Shown here: one piece after another, positions 47,240-57,633 of the stretch
Position numbering within the stretch: the stretch's first letter is position 1
Layout of the letters: every line of letters begins with the position of its first letter
Assembly (NCBI GenBank): GCA_964645765.1
Contig: CAZYBE010000007.1
Location: 2,644 to 66,643 of the forward strand
Length of the DNA stretch: 64,000 nucleotides
Direction: 5' to 3'
From: an uncultured Eubacteriales bacterium
GTDB taxonomy: Bacteria > Acidobacteriota > Aminicenantia > Aminicenantales > Aminicenantaceae
The notes under the pieces: generated by a model
What the model was told of the DNA's origin: nothing
The model's input: the letters and a program-made list of their open reading frames with translations, nothing else
The model's database searches: none
Program-made: the position numbers and the translations under genes

Positions 47240-48102
47240 GGAATTGTCGGAGCCTTCGCTTCCCCGCTCTTCGGGTCATAAAGGTAGTCTTTTCCGTCCA
47301 GGTCCTTGGGCAGGGAGCTGAGAAACCCGGCCCTGACCAGTTGGCTCAGGTCCATCGGGTTTCGCCCAAATTTACCCTTGAATTTTTCCACAGCCTCCTT
47401 GATCTTCTGGGTATCGATGGTGGCTTTGGCCCGGTAGAGATGATTGGAGGCAATTTTCTTGATTCTGTCGTCTGTTGCTGTCTGGTAAATCTCAAGCCAG
47501 GCCTGCAAGGCACTTTGGTAGTCCATGGCCTTGTAGAGAGAGTCAGCATAAAGCCGCCGGACAATGTCCGGAGCGCCTTTGACCTCCATCGCCTTCTTGT
47601 AATATTCCTGAGCCAGCTTCTGGTCCTTTTTTACCCTCTGGGCATAATGTCCGCCTGTGTAAGGGAAAAGCCACTGGTCTGGATTATTCTCCAGGCCCTT
47701 GTCCAGAATTTTTAAAGCTAAATTTACGTCCCTGGCCTCGTAGGCGGCGATCAAAGCTCCGATATCATAGGGGTCAAGATAGTGCGGGTCCAGCTCAGAG
47801 ATGACGGAAAAGATATGGTCAAGATACTCGAACCTGTTAGGGATGTTGTAATCGCTGTAATACTGGATGGCCCAGACGTAGATGATGTCTGCCAAGATGG
47901 AAGAGTAGCCGAAGGTCACGAACTTGAGGTATTTTCCCGAAGGAATGTAGATGATGGAAGAGCCGGGGATTTTTTTTCTCAAGATGCTGTCGGTTTCAAC
48001 CTTCAAGGCCATGAAAATGCCGCAGCTCAGGATGAGGAAGAAGGCCAAGAAAATAGTGCTGAAATCTTTATCGACTCTTGATTTTTTTCTTGCAGCCATC
48101 AA
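47227..48102 (-). CDS. Membrane-anchored helical-repeat protein (possible PilG-like accessory of the ABC module)
   Basis: 291 aa. N-terminal TM anchor plus TPR-like helical repeats. Translationally coupled between the ABC permease and pilD. Confidence 0.4.
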   Translation of the reverse strand: MMAARKKSRVDKDFSTIFLAFFLILSCGIFMALKVETDSILRKKIPGSSIIYIPSGKYLKFVTFGYSSILADIIYVWAIQYYSDYNIPNRFEYLDHIFSVISELDPHYLDPYDIGALIAAYEARDVNLALKILDKGLENNPDQWLFPYTGGHYAQRVKKDQKLAQEYYKKAMEVKGAPDIVRRLYADSLYKAMDYQSALQAWLEIYQTATDDRIKKIASNHLYRAKATIDTQKIKEAVEKFKGKFGRNPMDLSQLVRAGFLSSLPKDLDGKDYLYDPKSGEAKAPTIPWKR

Positions 48103-48863
48103 ATGAAGTCTCTCTTCCTGAAAACAAGAAGGGCCAAGGTCAGGATAAAGGCGGTGTAGAAAATGCCGTAGAGGGTGGAGAAGAGGTAAATCTTCGGCGG
48201 GATGGGAAGATTTTGCACAATCTCCGTCTTAAAATTGAAATTCTCAAGGTCTGGGACAAAATGGTAGAGGAGCTGAGCCAGGGTCTTTCCCACTCCCGGC
48301 TTGACCTTTTTGATGAGAGTCTCAAGCCCCCAGGAGAAATGGCCGATGAGATAAAAGGCGAGGGAGAAAAGGGAACTCAGGATCGGCGTTGAGAAGCAAG
48401 AGAAGAGAAGGGCGACAGAGGTGATGAGGCAGAGCTCAAGAAAAATGAAGAGGATGGCGACGAGCATCTTCCATTCAATCTTGAAGGTGTGGAGAAAGAT
48501 GACAGCAAGATAGATGAGGCTCATCAGGAGGAGCATGACCAGAAGGGTTAAGACCAGTCCAAAATATTTTCCCAAGAGAAACTGGTAGCGGTGGATGGGC
48601 TTGACCAAAAGGCTGTGAATTGTTTTTTTGTCGATTTCTTTGTAGACCAGCCCCACGCCCATCAATATGGCCATTAAAGCCCCGAAGAGGGAAAGGGAGG
48701 AAAGGCCGACGTCCTTGATGATTTTCACCCGGTCGCCAACTGTGAGCAGGGCTAAGATGCGGGAAAAGACAATGCAAACTGCGGCAAAGAAAAGGAGGAG
48801 GTAGAGGATGCGGTCACGGATGGCTTCTTTGAAGGTGTTGAGAGCAATCGCCGCTATTTTCAT
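48099..48863 (-). CDS. ABC-2 family transporter permease (PilI-like)
   Basis: 254 aa with six predicted TM helices. Start overlaps the stop of the ABC ATPase gene. Confidence 0.7.
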   Translation of the reverse strand: MKIAAIALNTFKEAIRDRILYLLLFFAAVCIVFSRILALLTVGDRVKIIKDVGLSSLSLFGALMAILMGVGLVYKEIDKKTIHSLLVKPIHRYQFLLGKYFGLVLTLLVMLLLMSLIYLAVIFLHTFKIEWKMLVAILFIFLELCLITSVALLFSCFSTPILSSLFSLAFYLIGHFSWGLETLIKKVKPGVGKTLAQLLYHFVPDLENFNFKTEIVQNLPIPPKIYLFSTLYGIFYTAFILTLALLVFRKRDFI

Positions 48864-49777
48864 CTTTGCTTGACCACCTCCACAAATATATCCTCGAGGG
48901 TTTCAGTCCTTGGGGTAATGCTGTGGATTTTTCCTTTTTGAGACCAGACAAGCTCCAGGATTTTCTCCAGGTTTTCTTCCCTCAAGACTCTGAGCAGTAT
49001 TCTCCCCCCCTTCACCGAAAAGCTCTCAGCCAGGCCCTTGAGCTTGTTCTCCTCGATGCCGGAAAGGATGACTTCTGTAAAATAGATTTTTTCAGAGACA
49101 AGCTCGTGAAGGGCTCCTTGGCTAACGACCTCTCCGCTGACGATGATGGCCACCCTGTCACAGACCATCTCGATGTCCTGGAGGATGTGGGAGGAGAGAA
49201 AAACGGTCTTTCTTTCTTCTTTGAGCCGGACGATAATGTCCCTTACTTCTTTCCTTCCCAGCGGGTCAAGGCCTCCAAGCGGCTCATCGAGGATAACCAA
49301 GGAAGGGCTGTTAAGAAGGGCTTGGGCCAGGCCTACTCTCTGCAGCATGCCGCGAGAGAACTTTCGAAGCTGGAGGTCTAAAGCATTTTCCAGGCCGACA
49401 AGCTGAAGAAGTTCTTTGACCCTCTCCTCTCTCTCCTTTTTTCCCATGAGAAAGAGCTGGCTACAAAAATCGAGAAATTCTGAAGCAGTCAGATAATCAT
49501 AGAAATAGGGATTCTCAGGAAGGTATCCGATTTTTTCTTTGGCCTGGAGGGAAAAAGGGTGAAGGCCGAAAATCTCTATGTTTCCTTTCTCAGGGCGGAC
49601 GAGGCCAAGGATGCACTTGATGGTTGTGGTTTTGCCTGCTCCATTCGGGCCGAGGTAACCAAAGATTTCTCCCTCCTCGACGGAGAGCGATATGCCCTTG
49701 AGGATTTTCTTTGTTTTTGGAATAAAGCCGAGCTTGAAGGATTTATGGAGGTCTTCAACTTTTAATACGACAGCCAT
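48860..49777 (-). CDS. ABC transporter ATP-binding protein (PilH-like)
   Basis: 305 aa. Walker A GPNGAGKTTT, ABC signature LSRGMLQRVGLA, and Walker B ILDEP. Confidence 0.85.
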   Translation of the reverse strand: MAVVLKVEDLHKSFKLGFIPKTKKILKGISLSVEEGEIFGYLGPNGAGKTTTIKCILGLVRPEKGNIEIFGLHPFSLQAKEKIGYLPENPYFYDYLTASEFLDFCSQLFLMGKKEREERVKELLQLVGLENALDLQLRKFSRGMLQRVGLAQALLNSPSLVILDEPLGGLDPLGRKEVRDIIVRLKEERKTVFLSSHILQDIEMVCDRVAIIVSGEVVSQGALHELVSEKIYFTEVILSGIEENKLKGLAESFSVKGGRILLRVLREENLEKILELVWSQKGKIHSITPRTETLEDIFVEVVKQR

Positions 49778-49810
49778 GAAAACTCGTCCCTATTATACGG
49801 AAATCAGCAA

Positions 49811-52186
49811 TTATTTCAAATTCTCTTCAAACAGCTTGAAGATTCGCTTGTATTCATCCGCCCAGGAGGAGCTGTTATGAAAGGTATGATTTTCTACTGG
49901 ATAGAATGCCACCTCCCAGTTTTCTTTCTTGAGTTCTATCAGGCGCTGGACGAGCCTCGCCGTATCCTGAAAATGGACGTTGGTGTCGACCATGCCGTGG
50001 CAGATGAGCAGAGCGCCTTTGAGCCCTTCGGCAAAATAAATGGGAGAGCTCTGTTTATAGGCTTCGCTGTCCTTCTGGGGAAGGTTAAGAATATCGACCG
50101 TGTAGCCTGGATGGTAGTGAGCCCAGTCGCTGACAGGCCTCAGGGCAGCTCCTGCCTTGAACTTTTCTGGAGTCTTGAACATGGCCATCAGCGTCAGAAA
50201 GCCTCCATAGCTCCCGCCATAGAGCCCGATTCTCTCCGGATTGACGTTCAATTCCTTGACCAGGTAGCTCGAAGCATCGACGATATCGTCAAGGTCCTTT
50301 CCTCCCATGTGGCGGTAGATGGCTACGCGGCAGTCTCGTCCGTAGCCGGCGCTTCCTCTGTAATCGACTTCCAGGACAAGATATCCATTTTTAATCAAAA
50401 AATTATGGAACAGGTATTCCCTGAAGTAAGTGCTGCTCCAGCCCTTGTGCGCATTCTGGAGGTAGCCGGCACCGTGGATGAAGATAACCGCCGGCCTTTG
50501 GGGATGCCAGTTTTTCGGTCTGTAAAGCCGGCAATAGACATCAAATCCGTCGCGGGCCTTGAAGGAGAGGACCTCAGGCTCATACCAGGGATAAGAGCGG
50601 AATTCTTCTGTTGTCGACAGGGTCAGCTTGCGGGCCTCAGCGCCGGACTTGTTTGCCTGGATGTAGAGTTCAGGAGGCTTGTTGCTCGAAGAGTAGAGAA
50701 TGGCAAGATGCGATTCGTCAGGTGAGAGAAAGACTTCGTTGTGGCCGGTCATCGAAGTGATTTTCGTCCTCTTCCCTCCTTCCACAGGCATGGAATAGAA
50801 ATGATGCTCGCCTGGGTGCTCTTCATTGGAGGCGAGATACCATCGCTTTCCGTCCTTGGAGAGCTGGGCTACGTAGACTTCAAACTTGCCATCAATGAGC
50901 TTCGTCTTCTCTTTTCCGTCAAGCGATGCCCTGTAGAGATGGGCAAAGCCATCTTTCTCAGAGATGTAATAGATGGATTGGCTCGAAGGCGCCCAAATAA
51001 TATCTGTCAGCCCCAAATCGCCAATCCAGGCGTCGTCATGAACATTCTCGATAACGGTTGTTTTTCCGCTCTCCAGCTCAAGAAGCAGAAGCCATTCATC
51101 TTTGCGGTCTTCGGAGTTGGCAGTCAGAGCACATTTTTTCCCATCCGGAGACCAGTAGAAACTCGAGGGAAAGATTTTTCTTTCCCCTTGATTGTAATCG
51201 AGCCATTTCACCTCGCCATTTGAGACAGACATAATCCCGGCCTTGTATTCATTAGAGGATTGAGCAGCCTTGGTGTGCGATTCAATCGTTTCAGTGAATC
51301 CGGTTCTGGTGACGTAGTTGGGGACAATCGTCGTCTTGGCCTGGGGCACTTTTTCTGAGATTCTGAAGATGACATACTTTTCATCCGGGGAAAGGTCGAG
51401 AGAGACAACATCCTGCTCCTCGCTCAGAAAAAAGGGCTTTCTTCGAGTCTGGCTGCCAAAAAAGGGAAACATCCCCCTCTGGCCCGTTCTCTGTTCAGCT
51501 CTGCTGAATTCTTGAAAAAGCTCCCGCTGCTGGTCTGTGTACCATTTTTCGACTTCATCCGGTTTCTTTGCCGGAGGAGGAGCCTTTTTCGAGAAAGATG
51601 TCATCTGGCGCAGGCCTCGGTCCTGAAGAGAAAGCAGGAAGAGGTTGCCTTGGCTGGTAAAATAGATTTTTTCCTGGTCAAAGGTGAAATTGACGTTTGT
51701 CTCCCTTTCATCGGTGGTGATGAGCTCAGTCATTTTTCCTGAAGGAATGTCGAGAAGGCTGATGTCGCCTCCCCGGACCAAAAGGGCTCTTTTTTGCTCT
51801 CTATCGAATTTAATCTCTATGCCAGGAAAGCCGAAGCCCGAAAAGCGGGAGAAGAAAGAGGAGGGCGCGGGCGGGAGCTTGAGAATGTCATCCAGAGTAA
51901 CTTTCTGGGGGATTAACTCTGTCTTTGATAGTGCGTAGAACTCTGCACTTTTTTCTCCAGGTTTTTGCCAGCGGAAGTAGAGCTTTTTTCCGTCCACAGA
52001 CCAGAGAATGCTTGAGGGAGAATTGCCGACGAGCTCCGGGCCTTCCATGATGCCATCGATGGTCAGTTTAAATTCTTTTGGCTTTTCTTTTTTCTCCTGA
52101 GCTTGAGCGCCTCTAAAAATGATCAGAGGAATAAGGATTAAGAGAAAAAGATGTTTTTTTGTAAATTGTTTCATTTCGTCCTCCAT
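49811..52186 (-). CDS. Secreted S9-family serine peptidase with N-terminal beta-propeller (prolyl oligopeptidase/DPP-like)
   Basis: 791 aa with a signal peptide. TolB/WD-like propeller repeats. C-terminal alpha/beta hydrolase with GGSYGG nucleophile motif, Asp and His. Confidence 0.8.
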   Translation of the reverse strand: MEDEMKQFTKKHLFLLILIPLIIFRGAQAQEKKEKPKEFKLTIDGIMEGPELVGNSPSSILWSVDGKKLYFRWQKPGEKSAEFYALSKTELIPQKVTLDDILKLPPAPSSFFSRFSGFGFPGIEIKFDREQKRALLVRGGDISLLDIPSGKMTELITTDERETNVNFTFDQEKIYFTSQGNLFLLSLQDRGLRQMTSFSKKAPPPAKKPDEVEKWYTDQQRELFQEFSRAEQRTGQRGMFPFFGSQTRRKPFFLSEEQDVVSLDLSPDEKYVIFRISEKVPQAKTTIVPNYVTRTGFTETIESHTKAAQSSNEYKAGIMSVSNGEVKWLDYNQGERKIFPSSFYWSPDGKKCALTANSEDRKDEWLLLLELESGKTTVIENVHDDAWIGDLGLTDIIWAPSSQSIYYISEKDGFAHLYRASLDGKEKTKLIDGKFEVYVAQLSKDGKRWYLASNEEHPGEHHFYSMPVEGGKRTKITSMTGHNEVFLSPDESHLAILYSSSNKPPELYIQANKSGAEARKLTLSTTEEFRSYPWYEPEVLSFKARDGFDVYCRLYRPKNWHPQRPAVIFIHGAGYLQNAHKGWSSTYFREYLFHNFLIKNGYLVLEVDYRGSAGYGRDCRVAIYRHMGGKDLDDIVDASSYLVKELNVNPERIGLYGGSYGGFLTLMAMFKTPEKFKAGAALRPVSDWAHYHPGYTVDILNLPQKDSEAYKQSSPIYFAEGLKGALLICHGMVDTNVHFQDTARLVQRLIELKKENWEVAFYPVENHTFHNSSSWADEYKRIFKLFEENLK

Positions 52187-52213
52187 TTTTTATTAATCAC
52201 ACAAAATCGGGGA

Positions 52214-52246
52214 ACTGTAAAAAGGGGACAGCAGGCTGTCCCCTTT
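52214..52246 (-). terminator. Intrinsic terminator hairpin downstream of the flavin reductase gene
   Basis: GGGGACAGC-AGG-GCTGTCCCC 9-bp stem followed by a T-run on the minus strand (and an A-run on the other side, so potentially bidirectional). Confidence 0.45.
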
Positions 52247-52358
52247 TTCTCCAAAATGAGGGAACTGTCTCTATTTTTTAAAGTCCCTATTTTTTAATCT
52301 TGTCATCGATTTTCATCGCAAGAGAAGGCTTATTGAGACATGTCTTTCACTTGAAAGC

Positions 52359-52919
52359 TCAGTCAGGAAGAACATGTTTGAGACTGTGCGAGTTGATGGT
52401 GATGTAGAAATCGCTTCCGAGATAAAGAAGAGGATGAATTTTTCTTGTGTTGAGGACTCCCTCTTCGCTGAAACTCTTCTCTTCTTCGTGGATGGCCAAG
52501 ACTTGACCGACAAAAAGGTCATGATCTCCGTAGGGTCTCGTTTCCACCAATTTGCATTCAAAAGAGACATAGGCCTCTTCCAGAATAGGGGATTTGATAA
52601 TTTTTGAAGGTGAAAGCTTGACCTGGAATTCTTTGATTTTATCCACATCGTGCCCGGACCTTCTCCCCATTTGGGCTGAGAGTTTCACCCGTCTGCAATC
52701 GATGAAATTAACAGTAAATTCTTTCGCCTCAGAAATGACATGATGGGTGAATCTCTTTTTGGAGATGAGGATGCCAAAGAGAGGAGGGTCAAAGGAAAGG
52801 GCCGTGTGCCAGGCGCAGGACATGTAGTTGACTTGATTCCTTGAAGAAGCGCCGACAATGGCCGCAGTGTAGGGATAAAAATGCTGGAATTTTTTGATTT
52901 GAGTGCTTACTTTTTTCAA
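52359..52919 (-). CDS. Flavin reductase-like (FMN-binding split-barrel) protein
   Basis: 186 aa. YTAAIVGASSRNQVNYMSCAWHTALSFDPPLFGILI matches the flavin reductase-like domain. Confidence 0.7.
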   Translation of the reverse strand: MKKVSTQIKKFQHFYPYTAAIVGASSRNQVNYMSCAWHTALSFDPPLFGILISKKRFTHHVISEAKEFTVNFIDCRRVKLSAQMGRRSGHDVDKIKEFQVKLSPSKIIKSPILEEAYVSFECKLVETRPYGDHDLFVGQVLAIHEEEKSFSEEGVLNTRKIHPLLYLGSDFYITINSHSLKHVLPD

Positions 52920-52977
52920 TCACATCTCCTCACGGTTTTTTTGAATTATAGTTATTTTTCGAGCAAAAGCAAAATTG

Positions 52978-53122
52978 GAGGCTCAGGCTGAGTAGTTAGA
53001 AAACACGCCGCTTTTGCCCCAGCGAGGCAAAAGCGGCTCGGTTTCAGGCTTCGCTCTCCTCTCCCTTCGGTCGAGGAACCATGCCCGCTCAGCCTTCAAA
53101 CGGTTTTCTAACTACTCAGCCT
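52978..53122. repeat. Structured intergenic repeat element, copy D (short form, inverted orientation)
   Basis: Termini GGCTCAGGCTGAGTAGTTAGAAAAC / GTTTTCTAACTACTCAGCC. Contains the CCGCTTTTGCC arm hairpin and the core in reverse complement. Confidence 0.6.
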
Positions 53123-53231
53123 TCGCCTTAAAGAGTCCATAGCTTTTGTCCTTATAATTTTTCCTGTATAATCCTCTTGCCTTTCTGCGCGAGGGCAGAG
53201 ATATCTTTTTAAATTCCTTAGGAGAAAACAA

Positions 53232-54095
53232 ATGACAGACTTTGGAGGGGCGATAAAGCAGAGTCAGGATTACAACATTGCTATCATCGGAATTCCCTTT
53301 GATGAGAAGTCGTGCTACCTGAGAGGAGCGTCGAAAGGGCCGCAGGCTATCCGCGCTGCTTCAACCGGAAAAGCGATCAATGCCTGGACCGAGCTCGGTC
53401 GAAACTTGGAGGTCGATGGAGTTTTGGTTGACCTGGGGGATGTTGATGCAACAGGAAATTTCGAACAGGTTTTTTCTCGAATTGAAAGAAGCATTCTCGA
53501 GATACTGGAGAAAAAGGCCGTGCCTGTTGTCTTGGGTGGTGACCATTCTATCAGCTACCCGGTGGTCAAAGCCTTTGCCAAAAAATTCAAGCCCTTGGAC
53601 ATCCTTCATTTCGACGCCCATCCGGATTTGTACGAGGAGCTCTACGGCGACCGCTTTTCCCACGCCTGCCCTTTTGCCCGGATCATGGAACAGGGCTTGG
53701 CTGAGAATCTCGTCCAAGTCGGGATTAGGGCAGCCACGGGCGAGCACAGGGCGAAGGCCCGCGAGCACGGAATCCGGATGATCGAGATGAAGGATATCAA
53801 TGATAACCTTTCTCTTGAGTTTTCCAACCCCCTCTACATCTCCTTTGACTTGGATTCGCTTGACCCTGCCTTTGCTCCTGGAGTCTCCCACCACGAGCCA
53901 GGGGGCCTTTCCACCCGTCAGGCACTGGGCATCCTTCAGACACTCAAAGCCAGAATCGTTGGCCTGGATGTGGTCGAGCTCAACCCAGAGAGGGATGTCT
54001 CAGGAATAACAGCCGCAGCTGCGGTGAAGCTCATCAAGGAAGTGGCGGGAAAAATTATCATCGGCAACAGGTCGGAATCGAAGGAGGAATCATAA
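53232..54095 (+). CDS. speB: Agmatinase / ureohydrolase (arginase family)
   Basis: 287 aa. GGDHSISYP, HFDAHPDL and SFDLDSLDPAFAPGVSHHEPGG manganese-binding motifs. Confidence 0.85.
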   Translation: MTDFGGAIKQSQDYNIAIIGIPFDEKSCYLRGASKGPQAIRAASTGKAINAWTELGRNLEVDGVLVDLGDVDATGNFEQVFSRIERSILEILEKKAVPVVLGGDHSISYPVVKAFAKKFKPLDILHFDAHPDLYEELYGDRFSHACPFARIMEQGLAENLVQVGIRAATGEHRAKAREHGIRMIEMKDINDNLSLEFSNPLYISFDLDSLDPAFAPGVSHHEPGGLSTRQALGILQTLKARIVGLDVVELNPERDVSGITAAAAVKLIKEVAGKIIIGNRSESKEES

Positions 54096-54143
54096 AGCTC
54101 ATTTTTTCCAACTGGAGCATATAAAAAAAATCGATGAGGACCT

Positions 54144-54601
54144 TTAGATCAATCTTATAATTTTCTCCAGCCACTCTTTATCAACTTCTGAAAAAGCATC
54201 GAATTTTCTGCTGTCGATATCGAGCACGGCCCAGACTTGGTTGCCCTTATCGAAAAGGGGAATGACTATCTCTGAGTTAGAGCGGCTGTCACAGGCAATG
54301 TGGTCCGGGAATTCATGGACATCAGGGACGATGATTGTTTTTTTGCCTCTGACTCCAGCCCAGCAGACTCCCTTGTTTTTCTCCAGCACCTGGCAGGCCA
54401 GCGGGCCTTGGTAAGGACCGACAATCAGTTCTCCTTCGACGAGAATATAAAATCCTGTCCAGAAGAACCAGGGCATCTTGTGGTGAAGGAGTGCGGCGAC
54501 AGTGGCCATGCGCGCAATCTTGTTTCGAGTTTTGGACAAGAGTGCCTGGAGTTGCCTGTAAATTCTTTTGTACCTTTCTTCAATTTTTTTCTCGTCGGAC
54601 A
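54144..54601 (-). CDS. GAF-domain protein (free methionine-R-sulfoxide reductase-like)
   Basis: Start taken at MSDEKK (ATG 54599-54601). ~150-aa single GAF domain with conserved Cys residues, as in the fRMsr/YebR family. The track ORF extends 33 codons upstream. Confidence 0.65.
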
Positions 54602-55065
54602 TGGGCACTCTCCATAGAGAGAGAGTGCGGGCTGTTGTCAGCAAAAGGGGGGTTGATGATGGGAACCAAAAAGGTGGGGATTCTCTCCAGCCCGCCAAAG
54701 AGAACCGTTCTTAATATACAGGAAAAGAAATCAATTGTAAAGAGGGAAATTAAAAAAATTTTTATTTTTTTAACATGAACAAAAACAAGGACTTAGCTCA
54801 GAAAAATAAATATTTCTTCAATTTTCATTCCCTCTGCTTATTTTGAATTTAAGAAAATCAGAAGCTCTTTTGGTCTTCAAAAACACTTGCTGAGCAGAGG
54901 AGATTGACTTTCGAGCTCTAAGGAAGAGTTGAGATTTTTTTGACAAATTTATCTTGACAATGGCCTCTATTTCTTATAAATACTTGAGACAGACTTAAGA
55001 GGTGATTTGAAACACCCAAACTAAAGATCCAAAAAAAGGAGGAATTAATTATTAGGAAGGAGGCT

Positions 55066-56406
55066 TTGATGAAAAGAAAAGTTTTTCTAATAACATTGTC
55101 TTTTCTGGTTTTTTTAGGTGTTAGCTCCTTGGTTCGTGGCGGTGGTTTTCTCATCTATGAGCATGGAGCAGCAGCCATGGCCATGGGAGGTGCTTTTGTT
55201 GCCATCGCCAACAATCCCACGGCTGTCTTCCACAACCCTGCTGGCATTGCCTGGCTGGAGGGAACACAGGTTTCCGTGGGCACAACTTTGATCATGCCCA
55301 AGGCAACCTTAGACATGCCCTACGCCCCTCTCATCAATCCTGCCTATTCTAATTCTTACGAGGCAAAAAAGCAGCTTTTCTATCCCTCAACGGCTTATAT
55401 CACGCATAAATTAAGCGATAAAATCGTTGCTGGCTTCGGATTCTTTTCTCCTTACGGCTTGGGAACCAAATGGTCTGATCCTGATGAGGTTACATTTCCC
55501 TTAAGATTTCTCTCCACCAGGGATGATATGAAAACATTTGTCTTCAATCCGGTTATCGCCTACAAGGTCAGCGATAAATTCTCTTTAGGCGTTGGCGCCT
55601 TCTATGTCCGTTCAACAATAAAGTTTGATCTCGTTCAAGCTGTAGACCTCAGACTTTATGGTGGAAGCATATACGAAGTGCCGACTTCGATAACAGACGG
55701 TAAGGGCAGTGGCTGGGGATGGAATGCTGGCGCACTTTTCAAGGGAGAGAAAGTTTCCTTAGGCCTCAATTTCCGCAGTGGCTTCAAGCTCGATTTCGAA
55801 GGAAATATCACACTTGATAGATCAAATGTTCCTACTACGCCTGTTACACCTTCTCTAACTTTACGGGACTTGGTTCCAACCGGAGGCCCTGTTGCCACGT
55901 CTTTTAATTTTCCAAATATTTTCTGTGCGGGCGTTGCTTTCAATTTAACTCCAAAGCTTCTCCTTTCGGCAGATATCAACTATGTCTTCTGGAATACCTA
56001 TGATAAATTCGACATCGCCATCGATTTTCCCGCTCCCTATCCTGACCAAGTTCAAACGTTTGAGGAAAACTGGGATATTTCCTTCCTCTTTCGAGCAGGC
56101 GTGCAGTATCAATTGAACGAAAAATTTTCCCTGAGGGGAGGATTCCTTTATGACCAAACTCCCCAGCCAACCGATACCATGGACCCCATTCTTCCTGATG
56201 CAGACCGCATGGCGTTCACTGCAGGCTTTGGCTATAAGGTTGGTAAGTTTGTTATTGATGTCGCGGGTCAGTACGAGATTTTCTCTGACAGGATGAGTCC
56301 AAATAGGAAGATAGCCGCTTATCAAGTCGGCGGAATGAACCTTGGAGAGGGCACTTACTCGACAAAGGCCCTGCTTATCGGTATCAGCTTAGGCTTTGTT
56401 TTCTAG
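55066..56406 (+). CDS. FadL/TodX-family outer-membrane hydrophobic-compound transporter
   Basis: 446 aa with a signal peptide. N-terminal GGGFLIYEHGAAAMAMGGAFVA...NPAG hatch motif. Beta-barrel pattern ending in the aromatic terminal F. Confidence 0.75.
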   Translation: MMKRKVFLITLSFLVFLGVSSLVRGGGFLIYEHGAAAMAMGGAFVAIANNPTAVFHNPAGIAWLEGTQVSVGTTLIMPKATLDMPYAPLINPAYSNSYEAKKQLFYPSTAYITHKLSDKIVAGFGFFSPYGLGTKWSDPDEVTFPLRFLSTRDDMKTFVFNPVIAYKVSDKFSLGVGAFYVRSTIKFDLVQAVDLRLYGGSIYEVPTSITDGKGSGWGWNAGALFKGEKVSLGLNFRSGFKLDFEGNITLDRSNVPTTPVTPSLTLRDLVPTGGPVATSFNFPNIFCAGVAFNLTPKLLLSADINYVFWNTYDKFDIAIDFPAPYPDQVQTFEENWDISFLFRAGVQYQLNEKFSLRGGFLYDQTPQPTDTMDPILPDADRMAFTAGFGYKVGKFVIDVAGQYEIFSDRMSPNRKIAAYQVGGMNLGEGTYSTKALLIGISLGFVF

Positions 56407-56435
56407 CCAATAAATTCATTCTGGAGGTAAAATAA

Positions 56436-56633
56436 ATGGCTTATGAATTCACTAATTCCAAAGGGGTTAAGTACTATCTCCATTTCAAGGATGTCAATCT
56501 GAAAGGCGGTCGTATTCAGAGAATCTATTTTTTTGCTCGAGATGTCAGGCAAGGGGCACTTAATTCTGTTCCTGCTGGCTATAAAGTCGTAGAGACAAAG
56601 AAGACAGGAATGCCCATCCTGAAGAAGGCTTAG
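56436..56633 (+). CDS. Small hypothetical protein
   Basis: 65-aa ORF with an RBS-like GGAGG 8 nt upstream. No recognisable domain. Confidence 0.3.
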   Translation: MAYEFTNSKGVKYYLHFKDVNLKGGRIQRIYFFARDVRQGALNSVPAGYKVVETKKTGMPILKKA

Positions 56634-56809
56634 GCTTATAAAAATTTAAGAATTTTTATTCATTTTCTTATCGAGAGGATTGCTCCGAGAAGAGTTTTCC
56701 CTCTTATATTATTTATTTTTAAACCTTCTCTTTTCTTGTCGCCGGCGAAGCCAAGGATTTATTATTTTTGTTGTCTAACTAATCATAGAGCTTAGATAGG
56801 AGGTTTAAG

Positions 56810-57373
56810 ATGAGAAAATATGCACTCTTTGTAACTATCGCCTGCGCCATCTTGAGTTTCACTTTTTTCTCTGCCAGTCTTCTTGGCCAGGCAGAACGGA
56901 GTCCTTTATTTAAAAAGAAAGCGGCAAAGGAAGAATCGAAAGGGTATCCTCCTCAGAGGAGCTTCCTTGATTTAGGCGCTGAGCAGAAATCGAAATTGGA
57001 AGAATTCAGAAAGATTCGTCAGGAGGAGATGAAACAATTCCAGGAAAAGATGAAGCCGCTCCGCGAAAAGCTCCAAACCCTGCTCCGTGACCCCAATTCT
57101 GACCTGAAAGAAATCAATGCTCTCATCGACCAGACATCCAATCTTGGTGCGGATCATCAGAAGAAAGTTATCGCCCAGAGAAGGGAGATAAGAAAGATTT
57201 TCACTCCTGAACAGCTGGAAAAATTGGAAAGATTCAGGAGATTTGCCGGAGCCAGGTTCTTTGGAAGGAGAGGATTTGGGATGTTTCCTCCAATGGGCAG
57301 AATGGGCTTCTTTGGGGGAAGAGGCGGTCCCGGAAGAGGCTTTCCTTTTATGATGAGGCGCTGGCGCTGGTAA
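56810..57373 (+). CDS. Periplasmic Spy/CpxP-like (LTxxQ-motif) protein with Gly/Arg-rich tail
   Basis: 187 aa with a signal peptide. LxxEQ/LTxxQ-type motifs (LGAEQKSKLEEF, FTPEQLEKLERF). C-terminal RGG/FG-rich low-complexity tail. Confidence 0.5.
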   Translation: MRKYALFVTIACAILSFTFFSASLLGQAERSPLFKKKAAKEESKGYPPQRSFLDLGAEQKSKLEEFRKIRQEEMKQFQEKMKPLREKLQTLLRDPNSDLKEINALIDQTSNLGADHQKKVIAQRREIRKIFTPEQLEKLERFRRFAGARFFGRRGFGMFPPMGRMGFFGGRGGPGRGFPFMMRRWRW

Positions 57374-57633
57374 AGCATAAGCTTCAAGAAACAAAGCTTA
57401 GACAGCTCAGAATTTTTTGGCCCGATTCAAATCGGGCCATTTTTTTATTTATGGCACGAATGACAAGGAAAGACAGTCATAAGGCAAGGGGAGGTTCAAT
57501 CAGCATTCGGCTGACTCAATAAGTTGTCAACTGTCCTTTAACCAGGACAGGATTGACTTTTCTTTCCTCACCCGCTACGAAAAAAATTCTGGCATGATTT
57601 TTGCTGCTTTTTTTGAGCAGAAGAGGAAATAAA

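Noticed and set aside
49877-50725. 282-aa plus-strand ORF
   Set aside because: Antisense to the S9 peptidase gene, whose catalytic motifs are on the minus strand. Shadow ORF.
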